Shown: one piece after another, positions 19,631 to 29,691 of the stretch
Numbering within the stretch: position 1 is the stretch's first letter
How the letters are laid out: each line of letters opens with the position of its first letter
Assembly (NCBI GenBank): GCA_963727805.1
Contig: CAVSHF010000003.1
Span: 576,001-640,000 of the forward strand
DNA from: an uncultured Nitrospiraceae bacterium
GTDB lineage: Bacteria; Nitrospirota; Thermodesulfovibrionia; Thermodesulfovibrionales; Dissulfurispiraceae
DNA: 64,000 nucleotides
Direction: 5' to 3'
Translations under genes and position numbers: made by a program
Notes under the pieces: model-generated
What the model saw: the letters and a program-made list of their open reading frames with translations, nothing else
Databases searched by the model: none
What the model was told of the DNA's origin: nothing

Positions 19631-22195
19631 TCACTTCGAAACATAATGGCGGAAAAACCAATGTTTCACGCGTTGGACAATCAACAAATATAGCACCACC
19701 ATCCCTGTCAGAACAAGGAAAAATAGGGGCGGGAGCGGTTCGAATCCGAGGTACCCAGCCAATGGCGTGAAGGGAAGAATAACGGCAAGTGCCACTACCG
19801 TGAGGGAGGAGGCTGTCAGCCATGGATTGGGACGGCTTTTAAAAGGGTTTTTATGTGTACGAATTATAAAGATCACGAGCACTTGGGTTGCCAGGGACTC
19901 TACGAACCAGCCCGTATGAAAGAGGGCCTCACCGGCATTAAATATTTTTAGCATTACAAAAAAAGTGAGGAGATCGAAAATGGAACTGACAGGACCTACC
20001 GCCAGCATGAACTTGCGCACAAAGCCTATGTCCCACTTCCGTGGGTGGATCAGCTCTTCCTCATCGACGCTGTCCAGAGGGATTGGAACTTCCGAAAAAT
20101 CATAAAGCATATTGTTGAGTAATATCTGAGACGGGAGCATCGGAATAAAGGGCAGAAACACAGAGCCTGCAGCCATGCTGAACATATTCCCAAAATTGGA
20201 ACTGGTTCCCATCATGATGTATTTCATGACATTGCTGAAGGTTCGACGTCCCTCAATTACACCTTCATAGAGAACACCCAGGTCTTGTTCCATCAGAATC
20301 ATGTCCGCCGCAACTTTCGCAACATCGGCCGCGCTATCCACAGAAATACCTACGTCAGCCGAATGCAAAGACGGCGCGTCATTAATGCCGTCGCCGAGAT
20401 ATCCAACAGCATGCCCTCGTTTTTTTAACGCCAGAATGACCCGGTTTTTCTGGGCTGGGTTGACACGGCAGAAGAGGTTAACTTTCTCTGCCTGCGCGGC
20501 CAAGGAATCATCGTCCATGAACTGGATGTCTGTCCCGGTAAGGACCCCGGTAACCGTTAAATTCAGCTGGCTGCAGATTTGCTGGGTAACCAGTTCATTG
20601 TCACCTGTGACGATCTTGACAGAGACATTACTTGCGGCAAGCTTGGCCAGAGCCTCTTTGGCGCTTTCTTTTGGTGGATCAAGAAAAGCTGCGAAACCAG
20701 CGAAAACGAGTTCCGTTTCATCGCTCACGATTGCGTGAGGATGATCCGGCCCTACATTCCGACACGCAACACCGAGCACCCGGAACCCTTCCCGTCCCAA
20801 GCTTTCAAACAGGGCCTGAATAGGCGCCTTTGCTGTTTCGTCCAAGGGACGAAGATCAGAATCACTGTCTCCCTCATACTTGGTCGAAAGGCGCAGGATG
20901 TCTTCAGGCGCACCCTTAACCACAAGGAGTCTTGTCTCTCCATTATCAACAAGTACCGACACCCGGCGACGCTCAAAGTCAAAAGGCACCTCATCGATTT
21001 TGTGCCATGCCTTCACATCGACTTCAACATGCTCAAGGATAGCGTTATCCATGGGGCTTTTGAGACCTGTTTCAAAAAAGCTGTTCAAGTATGCGAGTTC
21101 CAGGACACGTTTACATTCCCGTCCAGAGCTGTCTAAATGCCGTTCCAGGCGAATATGCGCTTCTGTGAGGGTGCCTGTTTTGTCGGTGCAGAGGATATCC
21201 ATGCTACCCAGGTTCTGGATAGCGGGCAACCGTTTGACAATCACCTTTTTATTAGCCATACGCTGGGCGCCACGCGCAAGCGTCACAGAAACCACCATTG
21301 GGAGAAGTTCAGGAGTCAGACCCACAGCAAGAGCTACCGCAAAGAGAAAGGATTCGAGCCAGGGCCTATGGAAGATAGCACTCACGAGAAGAACAAAGAA
21401 GACCATGAGAATAGTAAGACGCATAATTAGTATCCCGAAGTGACGAGTCCCCTGTTCAAAGGCAGTGGGCGGGGCCTTGGCTATGAGCGAGTCGGCAATA
21501 TCACTCAAAGCCGTATTTGCTCCAGTGTTGCAAACCAGAACCTTTGCAGTACCTGTGATTACCGAGGTCCCCAGGAGCACGGTATTTCCAGCAGAGAGGA
21601 TCTCAGGTTCCCCAGGTAACGCACCGGGGATCTTTTCGACGGGGTATGGTTCGCCGGTCAAAAGGGCCTGGTTAACAAAAAAGTCCTTTGCCTCCATCAG
21701 ATAGCCGTCACCAGGAATGAGGTCGCCAGCGGCAAGGAGCGCGATATCTCCGGGTACCAGTTCAGCCAGAGGTATCTCATGCATCTTGCCATCTCGCAAC
21801 ACCTGCACACGTACAGCCACAGACTGACTCAGGCGTTCGGCCGCCTGACCAGCCTTATGTTCCTGAATAAAGTCCAGAGTGACGCTTATAAGGACGATAA
21901 CGGAGATGATAATGAAACTCGTCACATCCCCAGTAAGAGCCAGGACGGTGCTTGCTACGAGGAGGATAAGGACAAGTGGGTTGCCGAACTTGGCCAGAAA
22001 TTGCAGAACCAGCATTCGCTTTTTTGCCGGATGTAACACGTTGGGTCCGAATCGGGCAAGACGAAGGGCAGCTTCAGTGCTTGATAGACCAGCGGAGGTT
22101 GTCTCGAGAGCTTTAAGCAATTCAGCAGTATCCTGCTGCCAGAAAGCAAATCCCTTTCTAGCGGACTCTTCACTCTTTTTTCCCCGGAAAATCAT
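19631..22195 (-). CDS. mgtA: Magnesium-translocating P-type ATPase
   Basis: AVGLTPELLP, DKTGTLT, GDGINDAP, TSSNFGNMFS, GWFVESL (P3B signature). Confidence 0.95.
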   Translation of the reverse strand: MIFRGKKSEESARKGFAFWQQDTAELLKALETTSAGLSSTEAALRLARFGPNVLHPAKKRMLVLQFLAKFGNPLVLILLVASTVLALTGDVTSFIIISVIVLISVTLDFIQEHKAGQAAERLSQSVAVRVQVLRDGKMHEIPLAELVPGDIALLAAGDLIPGDGYLMEAKDFFVNQALLTGEPYPVEKIPGALPGEPEILSAGNTVLLGTSVITGTAKVLVCNTGANTALSDIADSLIAKAPPTAFEQGTRHFGILIMRLTILMVFFVLLVSAIFHRPWLESFLFAVALAVGLTPELLPMVVSVTLARGAQRMANKKVIVKRLPAIQNLGSMDILCTDKTGTLTEAHIRLERHLDSSGRECKRVLELAYLNSFFETGLKSPMDNAILEHVEVDVKAWHKIDEVPFDFERRRVSVLVDNGETRLLVVKGAPEDILRLSTKYEGDSDSDLRPLDETAKAPIQALFESLGREGFRVLGVACRNVGPDHPHAIVSDETELVFAGFAAFLDPPKESAKEALAKLAASNVSVKIVTGDNELVTQQICSQLNLTVTGVLTGTDIQFMDDDSLAAQAEKVNLFCRVNPAQKNRVILALKKRGHAVGYLGDGINDAPSLHSADVGISVDSAADVAKVAADMILMEQDLGVLYEGVIEGRRTFSNVMKYIMMGTSSNFGNMFSMAAGSVFLPFIPMLPSQILLNNMLYDFSEVPIPLDSVDEEELIHPRKWDIGFVRKFMLAVGPVSSIFDLLTFFVMLKIFNAGEALFHTGWFVESLATQVLVIFIIRTHKNPFKSRPNPWLTASSLTVVALAVILPFTPLAGYLGFEPLPPLFFLVLTGMVVLYLLIVQRVKHWFFRHYVSK

Positions 22196-22285
22196 ACTCC
22201 TCCCGCACTTGGATAATAGGGACTACTGGATTATAGCAAAACTAATCATTTCATGGAAATCCAAAAGAGCCGCTGAGCATGGCGA

Positions 22286-22313
22286 GGACTTGCACCCATA
22301 TGGAGGTCAGGTG
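22286..22313 (-). promoter_or_regulatory. Short or degenerate copy of the motif also found upstream of the USP/P-type ATPase unit
   Basis: Minus strand reads CUGACCU...AUGGGUGCAAGUCC; 14/14 identity with 43961-43974; about 90 nt upstream of mgtA. Confidence 0.35.
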
Positions 22314-22523
22314 AATGTTTCTTTGCGACTACTCATGTGCATTCACTTATCATGATATGAAGTTGTCAAAACCGATGTTAAGAGTTACTTTTTTTAAGTG
22401 GAGACGTCGTGGATGATTCGCCTGCTGAGAAAGATTCTATTGTGCACTACATTCTCTGCCAATTTAGGCATATTATCAGTCTCATGATAAAATATTCCTT
22501 AGAATTCAAAGAGAGGTGATGCT

Positions 22524-23492
22524 ATGAAACGGGCTTTGTTGGTTATCGATGTTCAGAATGAGTATTTCACAGGAAAGCTGCCTATCACATATCCAAACAA
22601 TAGTCTGGTAAACATACTCAGGGTAACGGATGCCGCCATCGAGCACGGCGTCCCAGTCATCGTCGTCCAGCACACATCAAATGCCACGGAGTCTCAAGTC
22701 TTCAGAAAAGGGAGTGCTGAATGGCAGCTTCATTCTGAGATTAGAAAGCGGCCCTTCGATCTACTGCTTGAGAAGAACCTCCCTGGAAGCTTCACCGGGA
22801 CTATTCTCGAAAAGTGGCTTAGGGAAAGAAACATCGATACCATCGTGATAAGCGGATATATGACGCAGATTTGCTGCGATACCACTGCGAGACAGGCCTT
22901 TCATCTTGGCTTTGCGGTGGAATTTTTATCTGACGCCACCGGCACTCTTGCCTTCACAAATAATGCCGGCACTGTTAACGACGAAGAGCTACACAGGAGT
23001 TCACTCGTAACGCAAGAGATGCGTTTCAGCAAGGTAATGAAAACAGTCGAGTGGATACATCTTGCGAAGACAAATAGTCGATTCGAAAAAAAGAATGTCA
23101 TCATGGAGCATGATAGATATTCACGGGGCCTTGAGAAGCTAAAGGAAATCGATGGTGAGGCCGGTGAAAAGGTGATAGAAAGCATGAAGGACATAGCGCC
23201 GGATCTGGCTCGCTATATAATCGAATTTGCGTTTGGTGATGTTTACAGCCGCCCTGGCCTCGACTTGAAGTCGCGGGAATTTGCTGTAGTAGCTGCGCTT
23301 GCGGCCTTAGGTAATGCAGCCCCACAGCTGAAAGTGCATATTAATGGGGCATTGAACGTCGGATGTTCGCGTGAAGAGATAGTAGAGGTTATTATCCAGA
23401 TGGCAGTTTACGCTGGCTTTCCCGCTGCACTCAATGCCATTTTCGTGGCTAAAGAAGTTTTTAAGGAGCGGGACGAAAAGATGCTTATTTGA
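22524..23492 (+). CDS. Isochorismatase-family cysteine hydrolase fused to a carboxymuconolactone decarboxylase (CMD) domain
   Basis: N-part [11 protein letters not shown] and [14 protein letters not shown]-part [31 protein letters not shown]. Confidence 0.85.
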   Translation: MKRALLVIDVQNEYFTGKLPITYPNNSLVNILRVTDAAIEHGVPVIVVQHTSNATESQVFRKGSAEWQLHSEIRKRPFDLLLEKNLPGSFTGTILEKWLRERNIDTIVISGYMTQICCDTTARQAFHLGFAVEFLSDATGTLAFTNNAGTVNDEELHRSSLVTQEMRFSKVMKTVEWIHLAKTNSRFEKKNVIMEHDRYSRGLEKLKEIDGEAGEKVIESMKDIAPDLARYIIEFAFGDVYSRPGLDLKSREFAVVAALAALGNAAPQLKVHINGALNVGCSREEIVEVIIQMAVYAGFPAALNAIFVAKEVFKERDEKMLI

Positions 23493-23602
23493 ACATCAGT
23501 GTTATTGATATGATATCAGGCTGAAAGCGCACTAGGTTGCAAAGGTTACGCCACTTTTGTTGCTTGGCCAACTGTGAATAGGCAAGACTTACTAAACACC
23601 AC

Positions 23603-23880
23603 TTGAGATCATCCCTGGCATAAATGCCAAAGATGCCCAACTCAACTTGCGGTTGAAGACCCTAGTTCCTGCTTCATCGAGAATTCTTAAAGCCCTGTAT
23701 CTGCACAGACTAACAGGTCAAGTCCCGCCCCTAGCATATTCCTTGCCGCATTTGTATCCGCATTCGCTTGGTAGCCATAAGCCCGGCAGGGAACTGCAGC
23801 TCGGGAAGGCCGATTGCTCTTGTCGGGATACCCGCATGCTGAGCAAATTGACCTCAACTCCGTACTGTGACCACACACAG
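23603..23880 (-). mobile_element. tnpB: IS200/IS605-family remnant: tnpB 3' end plus right end
   Basis: CSACGY...C..YGYQANADTNAARN (Zn ribbon/RuvC-III), followed by GAAGCAGGAA, a hairpin and a terminal TCAA typical of IS605 right ends. Confidence 0.75.
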
Positions 23881-23908
23881 TATATTAGGCTACTATCGTG
23901 AGCCTGAC

Positions 23909-24199
23909 TCAGTATTTTAAAATAGCACTAAACCGCGGATCGCTTTTCATAGGATTAAATTCCAACACCTCATATTGAGCAACCCCAGCTTTATTGAAGG
24001 GATCACGGCTCAGATAAGCCTTAAGCTCATCAATACTCGGAGCTTGCGCCAAAAGGATACCGCCCGTTCGGGGCACCCGCGGTCCGGAAGCCAGCAAGTA
24101 GCCCGCAGCATAACCTTCATCAAGAAAACGCCGATGGGCCTCCAGGTTCGCATCGATGTCAGCCAATGCTTTGACATAATTCACCAGCATGACAAACAT
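23909..24199 (-). CDS. YciI family protein
   Basis: LEAHRRFL, ASGPRVPRTGGI, DPF motifs. Confidence 0.9.
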   Translation of the reverse strand: MFVMLVNYVKALADIDANLEAHRRFLDEGYAAGYLLASGPRVPRTGGILLAQAPSIDELKAYLSRDPFNKAGVAQYEVLEFNPMKSDPRFSAILKY

Positions 24200-24417
24200 T
24201 CTCCCTCCCTGGTATTAGTAACCCATACTATCAGTAGTGATACCACGAGATGTTGATATGATTATAGCCTTGCAGCTATTGTCCTTGTCGAAGATTCTCT
24301 TTCACAACGTTAAGGCTATGACAAAGCGCTCTCTCTATTTCAGAATCTTATGTAATCATATTTCCAGAATAGTCATTCTGATCTGTCTATCCCCTAAAAT
24401 GAGGTGAGTATAAATCC

Positions 24418-25062
24418 TCATCCTTTTACTAGTCTTTGCCCCATCTCAAATGCTTTATGACAATCATGAGGAAACACTTCCTTACGCCTCTTAGCCTTAC
24501 TCTCAGGGTCAAATCGAGGAGCAACATATTTGGAGTAATCCTTAAACTGCAAAGTATCAAAGCAGCACAGTGACTCTGAATACCCAAACGTCCTTGTCAG
24601 GAACATTGAAATCAAATTCATGAACTGACTGTAGCCTAACTGGTTCATGATTTCTTCAGTAACACCCATTGTATAGATGAACCCCGTTTTTATCTGCTGG
24701 TTAAAAAGCGAGCCGGGCGGGTCCGTATATGTCAGATATTGGAATACGAGCCTCTCCAAAAATGAGCGCATCTCACCTGTAACACTTCCCAAATAAATAG
24801 GAGAGCCAAAAATGAGAGTATCAGCGTCCTCAATTTTCTTGAAAATAGGCTTCAGGTCGTCAGCAACAGCGCATTTGCCATAACTCTTTCCGCCCTTTTC
24901 CTTGCAGGCAAAACAGCTTATACATCCTTTGTAGTTGAGGTCATAGAGGTGTATAAGTTTTGTTTTTGCTCCCTGAGATTTTGCACCTTCCAAGGCCTTT
25001 TCAAGCAGCATGGCTGTGTTCCAGTGCTTTCGCGGACTACCATTAAATGCAATAACTTTCAT
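24418..25062 (-). CDS. Flavodoxin-like iron-sulfur flavoprotein (NADPH-dependent FMN reductase family)
   Basis: NGSPRK..NT, CISCFAC...C, GSPIY. Confidence 0.92.
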   Translation of the reverse strand: MKVIAFNGSPRKHWNTAMLLEKALEGAKSQGAKTKLIHLYDLNYKGCISCFACKEKGGKSYGKCAVADDLKPIFKKIEDADTLIFGSPIYLGSVTGEMRSFLERLVFQYLTYTDPPGSLFNQQIKTGFIYTMGVTEEIMNQLGYSQFMNLISMFLTRTFGYSESLCCFDTLQFKDYSKYVAPRFDPESKAKRRKEVFPHDCHKAFEMGQRLVKG

Positions 25063-25245
25063 GGGTAACTCTCCTTAGTTGATAATCTTGTGGTTAACTC
25101 TAACTTGGTCACCCTTAAAATTAGGGATTTTTTCGGCAATACGTGTAAAACTTCAGATTTCTCCGGGATATTTGTCCCTATTTATCTGCTTTCCGACCCA
25201 GAAGTTATGGAGGAGGCCCATACAGGAGCCTCCTCTTTTTTAGCT

Positions 25246-25503
25246 TCAATATCTAACGTTTCTTTCGCCGGCCTCTATGCCTGCTCTTACCTGTTCAATA
25301 GCGTGATTGATGAGTTCAATCGCTCTTTCCCTGTGCCCTCCCTTATTAGGTTCAGCCCTTTGCAACTCCTCCCTTGCCGCTCTTAAATCTTCCATAGCAG
25401 CTTCCATGCGAGGTTGACGAACAACCTGAGGGCCAGCGCATCCTGCCATTAACCCAATTAATAGTAAGCTGATGACAAAGGCCAGGATTGGTTTGATTTT
25501 CAT
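25246..25503 (-). CDS. Small helical-hairpin lipoprotein, paralog of the adjacent gene
   Basis: Lipobox MAGC; QPRMEAAMEDL...AEPNKGGHRERAIELI. Confidence 0.8.
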   Translation of the reverse strand: MKIKPILAFVISLLLIGLMAGCAGPQVVRQPRMEAAMEDLRAAREELQRAEPNKGGHRERAIELINHAIEQVRAGIEAGERNVRY

Positions 25504-25512
25504 GAAGATCTC

Positions 25513-25767
25513 CTAATATCTCTCATGGTGTTCATGGTGCTCGCCGAACTCAATACCTCCTTTTACCTGTTCCATAGCGCGATCGATGAGTTCAATCGCT
25601 TTTTCCCTGTGCCCTCCCTTATTGGGTTCAGCTTTCTCCAATTGTTCCCTTGCTTCCCTTAGACGTTCGAGAGCGGCCCTCATATGTGGCTCGTCAGCCG
25701 CACAAATGCCGACTGTTCCGCCGACAAGAAGCATTGCAACAACAACTACTGCGATAATTCTTTTCAT
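25513..25767 (-). CDS. Small secreted helical-hairpin protein with His-rich tail
   Basis: RBS GGAGG, signal peptide, EPHMRAAL...AEPNKGGHREKAIELI...EHHEHHERY. Confidence 0.82.
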   Translation of the reverse strand: MKRIIAVVVVAMLLVGGTVGICAADEPHMRAALERLREAREQLEKAEPNKGGHREKAIELIDRAMEQVKGGIEFGEHHEHHERY

Positions 25768-26120
25768 CCTAATTCCTCCTTGATTTGAATTTTAGTTATA
25801 CTAATTTTACTTAGTTTGGATTCCTGATTCAAGGTACATAGTTTCTTCCTGAGAACCTTGTAGCGCCATATCTTTCAATTCCTAAACCACCTCCTTTATC
25901 CGTCGCAACACATTGACTACTTCACTTGGCGTAAACTCCAAGTCTCTAACAGTGAAGGCTTTCGGAGGAACCATGCAAACGTGACAATCCCAAATTGCCA
26001 TCAAAAGTAATGGAATGCCGCGCCAACATATACTGATTTATGTTATATTAGAACAATAATTGAAAGATTCTTGTTCAATTACTGATTCATGGATAGATTC
26101 ATCGAAAGGAGGTGAGAGAA

Positions 26121-26384
26121 ATGAAATTTCTGAAAGAATCAGCGCTCGTTCTTGCTATGATCTTCTGCGCAACATCCTTTTCCCTAGCTGCAGGATGGGA
26201 CTCATGCAAGGGTTGCCACAAAGATGGTGACAAGCCGGCTCCTTCTAAGACCACTCTTTTAAAGAAATTCAAGACTACGAATGATTTTATCAAAGCGGCG
26301 AAGGAATCGAAAAGCCCTATGATGAATAGCTTCAAGAAAGACGATCAACTGACTGCAGCTGCAAAGGACCTTGGATTGAAGTAA
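26121..26384 (+). CDS. Monoheme cytochrome c
   Basis: AGGAGG RBS, signal peptide, CKGCH, distal PMM. Confidence 0.85.
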   Translation: MKFLKESALVLAMIFCATSFSLAAGWDSCKGCHKDGDKPAPSKTTLLKKFKTTNDFIKAAKESKSPMMNSFKKDDQLTAAAKDLGLK

Positions 26385-26394
26385 TCCTTTTATG

Positions 26395-26431
26395 AGGGAT
26401 GGATTCTCGAATGTCTCCATCCCTTCTTTTT
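26395..26431 (+). terminator. Rho-independent terminator
   Basis: AGGGATGGA...TCCATCCCT stem followed by a T-run, after the cytochrome gene. Confidence 0.6.
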
Positions 26432-26550
26432 ACTGTTCCTGTACACTTATGGCCAATCGATTTTTTCTGCTGGCTAATTCTATAAATATTTATAAGGGAA
26501 CCTTTGGCTTTCATCTGAGGAACTGTGATTTAAGGCTAACAGGCTTCCAT

Positions 26551-27732
26551 TTAATCTGCTCTATGGATATCTCTCTGAGTAAATCTCACCCTCTCAGGGG
26601 GTAATGCTATTCTAACGCATGCTCCTTCAGGCAAGTTGTATAAAGACATGGTGCCGCCATGCGCTTTGGCAATTTTCTGTGCAAGATACAATCCAAGGCC
26701 AGACCCTTTCGATCTCTGAGTAACGAAAGGGTTTAATAATTCTCTTGTATCATGGTCAGGGGAAAAACCGCTCCCGTTGTCTTCAAGCAGAATATCGACA
26801 GCCGGAGAGTCTTTGGATGGCATATTTATTCTAAGGGAAATGCTTGTGGCACTCGCCTGTAAACTGTTCCTCATGAGATTTTCGAATAATAAGCTGAGGT
26901 AAAATTCATCACCTGAAATTTCCGCAGGAGTATCGACACTGCAATCGATGCCGACCCTGCGTGCCACGTCCTTCATGAAATGCTGCAGAGGTATCCATGC
27001 GCTTTTCTTTACCTTGAGTTCTTTCCCGTAAAATATAAGGTTTTCGATAAGTTGCTGGGTGCGACTTATTTCATTATTGACTAAAGTTGTGAAACGATCA
27101 ATGAATCCGGTATCCGATGCACGAGAAGGCAGGGCATGCACAAGGTTATGTATTGTGGATATCGGAGTTTTAAGTTCATGCGCAAGTGTAGCAGTCATGC
27201 GCCCGAGGAGGGCCAAAGATTCACTCTCTTTGAGGGCCTTTCTGAGTTCAGCACTTCTCTCCTCAATTTGTCTTTTATTTTCAGAGTAGGAGAGGATGAC
27301 AATGAAGATCGTGAAGGTTGAGATGAGGCCTACAAGAATTTCAGGTATATCAGGATAATAAACCTCTTCCATAATAAATGACTTCTTGATATAAATGTCG
27401 ATATTCTTGCCTGCTTCAGAAAATGCAAACAAATATTCCTCTTTGCTCTTGTCAATCTTATAACTTTCGCTTGAATCAACAGCGGTGAGCCGGTCGTTCA
27501 TTACAGGAGAATTAATAAAGTCTTTCAAAAAGATTATTGTCTGACCGGAAGTTGCTATTGGATAGGATTTCTTAAAGGATGCTGCTGCCTGCTCGATTTC
27601 CAGCTCTATTTTCTCTTTTAATCTTTTTTCCTCGCTAATGTTTTCCAGTGTTGCTATGACAAAGTAGACGGCGATTCCGCAACATATCGAGATTAGAAGA
27701 TATTTTGTGTATCGATATACTTGCTTCAACAT
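26551..27732 (-). CDS. Membrane-bound sensor histidine kinase
   Basis: Two TM segments, LAHELKTP, DNGSG, GSGLGL. Confidence 0.92.
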   Translation of the reverse strand: MLKQVYRYTKYLLISICCGIAVYFVIATLENISEEKRLKEKIELEIEQAAASFKKSYPIATSGQTIIFLKDFINSPVMNDRLTAVDSSESYKIDKSKEEYLFAFSEAGKNIDIYIKKSFIMEEVYYPDIPEILVGLISTFTIFIVILSYSENKRQIEERSAELRKALKESESLALLGRMTATLAHELKTPISTIHNLVHALPSRASDTGFIDRFTTLVNNEISRTQQLIENLIFYGKELKVKKSAWIPLQHFMKDVARRVGIDCSVDTPAEISGDEFYLSLLFENLMRNSLQASATSISLRINMPSKDSPAVDILLEDNGSGFSPDHDTRELLNPFVTQRSKGSGLGLYLAQKIAKAHGGTMSLYNLPEGACVRIALPPERVRFTQRDIHRAD

Positions 27733-27972
27733 TGTCTGCTAGTATAATCGAACGTCTTCTCTGCCAACAAGTATCCATGACGGACAGCATATTCCCCTAT
27801 CGGAGGCTTTTCTATCCCGATGATTAGCCTGTGCTCACGAATATCCCCATCCTTAGTCTTGGTCTTTATTGCACTGATATATATCTGTATAACAAAAGTA
27901 CTGTTCAGGACCAGAAATGGGCTATAATGAAATTATGGAACTGTTCAAATTCAATTGCAGCGAAGGTAAATC

Positions 27973-29055
27973 ATGACCAACAATGAACAGGAAATGCCAT
28001 CACCAGAGATATGTGTAAGTAAGATATTTGAGATCAGCGGCACGAAATTCGATCCCGACATAGCCGCTGACTTATGGCCCAAGATATTACAGCATAAATG
28101 GCTCATGTCTGAAAAACTCCATCGAGATGTTGGATTAAGAACTGCGTGCACCGACTTTCTCGAAAACATGGAGCAAGCCCTCAAGGAATATATGGACTAT
28201 AAGAGAAGGGATATACTAGCTGAGATGGGCGCTCAGACAATCAGCAGAGAAGTGTGGGATACCATTTCCGACTCCCAGCCGCCAAAGCAACTGGTCCAGC
28301 GGAGAATTATCCTCCCACTCGTGGAGGAGGATCTCGCCAGAAAGCACGGCGTCACTCCGCCGAAGACGATCATTTTCTTTGGCCCCCCGGGCACGGGGAA
28401 GACCCATTTTGTGAAGGCAATAGCGGGCGTCCTGTCCTGGTGGTACATTGAGATCCTGCCTAGTATGTTGATGGTGGACGGCTTGGAGAAGATCGGTGCT
28501 AATTTACACGCTGTAATGGAAAAGGCTCGAAATCTGGAAGATGCGGTCATCTTTATTGACGAGTTTGAAGAGATTGCCAGCAATCGGGATGAAGCCAGCA
28601 GAATTGACAAATCAATTACCAATGAATTTCTCAAGCAAGTTCCCCTGCTCAAAAATCAGGGAAACAAGGTGCTGCTAGTTTGTGCAACCAACTATATCAG
28701 ACAGTTGGATGCCGCGCTGCTTCGTCCCGGCAGGTTTGATTGCATTATCCCGGTTGGTGGCTTGGACGAGGAAGGGCGGAAGACCATCCTTCAGCATTAC
28801 CTGTCCAGGCTTAATACCGGCAACATAGACCTGAATCTCATTGTGAAGAAGACATCCGGGTTTACACCCGCAGATGTAGAATATCTGTTTCAGCAGGTAG
28901 CGCAATTTGCTTTTGAACAGGAATATGGCATAAAGCAGGATTACCAGGTGACTACAGATACATTTCTTAAGATTCTGCCGAAGATTCGTCCGTCTCTGGC
29001 CGATACAGTCATCGAAGAATTTCAAAAGGATATCATCACCTATTCTCGAACATGA
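27973..29055 (+). CDS. AAA+ ATPase (classic clade) with DUF4032-like N-terminal domain
   Basis: GPPGTGKT, IFIDE, LDAALLRPGRFD; N-terminal HKWLMSEKLHRDVG. Confidence 0.85.
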   Translation: MTNNEQEMPSPEICVSKIFEISGTKFDPDIAADLWPKILQHKWLMSEKLHRDVGLRTACTDFLENMEQALKEYMDYKRRDILAEMGAQTISREVWDTISDSQPPKQLVQRRIILPLVEEDLARKHGVTPPKTIIFFGPPGTGKTHFVKAIAGVLSWWYIEILPSMLMVDGLEKIGANLHAVMEKARNLEDAVIFIDEFEEIASNRDEASRIDKSITNEFLKQVPLLKNQGNKVLLVCATNYIRQLDAALLRPGRFDCIIPVGGLDEEGRKTILQHYLSRLNTGNIDLNLIVKKTSGFTPADVEYLFQQVAQFAFEQEYGIKQDYQVTTDTFLKILPKIRPSLADTVIEEFQKDIITYSRT

Positions 29056-29285
29056 AGATGGAACTGAGAAAATGATTGGCAGTTTTTAGTGCTCATTTAA
29101 CGGATAGGGTACTTCTGAAGTGCTAGGAGTTGCCAGAGGAGATTATAACCTCCAAAGCATTTGATGATATTTTTGTGCAGATTATCGGAAAAAGCCCGCA
29201 TTGCAATTAAATAAAGTAATGATTCAACCTATCCCAATACTCTTTCCCTTTGTCCGTTAAAAAATAAGCTGTAAAACAGTCAACA

Positions 29286-29483
29286 CTATTGTCTCTTGCT
29301 CATCACCTCTATGGCCAAGGGGATTGTGCTAATCGCTCCGATGAGTAACAGAGTCCACCCTATAGCCCTTCTCTGATCATCATTAAGTTTATCCGCCAAT
29401 AACAGACCGGCTCCTGCTCCGAGCAATCCGCGTGTGCCAGCTATAAGGGCGATTTGCGGTAATGTCAATTCCGCTTTTTTCAT
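29286..29483 (-). CDS. Small membrane protein
   Basis: GGAGG RBS; LIAGTRGLLGAGAGLLL...GAISTIPLA with two TM segments. Confidence 0.8.
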   Translation of the reverse strand: MKKAELTLPQIALIAGTRGLLGAGAGLLLADKLNDDQRRAIGWTLLLIGAISTIPLAIEVMSKRQ

Positions 29484-29547
29484 AGTTACCTCCCTTCATG
29501 ATGTATATTTTTACCCATGTACCGTCAGGCAATCGGGTCGTGTCTCC

Positions 29548-29682
29548 TTAGCGTCGACCCTCATGTTCTCCGTGCTCGCCTCGATGATGCTCCCCATGTC
29601 CCTCGTGATCAACCTCCCAGAAACAGCTACAGCATTCGATCAGCATAATCGTGGCAAGAATTAACGGAAGCATTCTTCTCAT
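29548..29682 (-). CDS. 44-aa His/Gly/Glu-rich putative lipoprotein (not in the ORF track)
   Basis: Translates to MRRMLPLILATIMLIECCSCFWEVDHEGHGEHHRGEHGEHEGRR. Confidence 0.6.
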   Translation of the reverse strand: MRRMLPLILATIMLIECCSCFWEVDHEGHGEHHRGEHGEHEGRR

Positions 29683-29691
29683 ATTGTCCAT

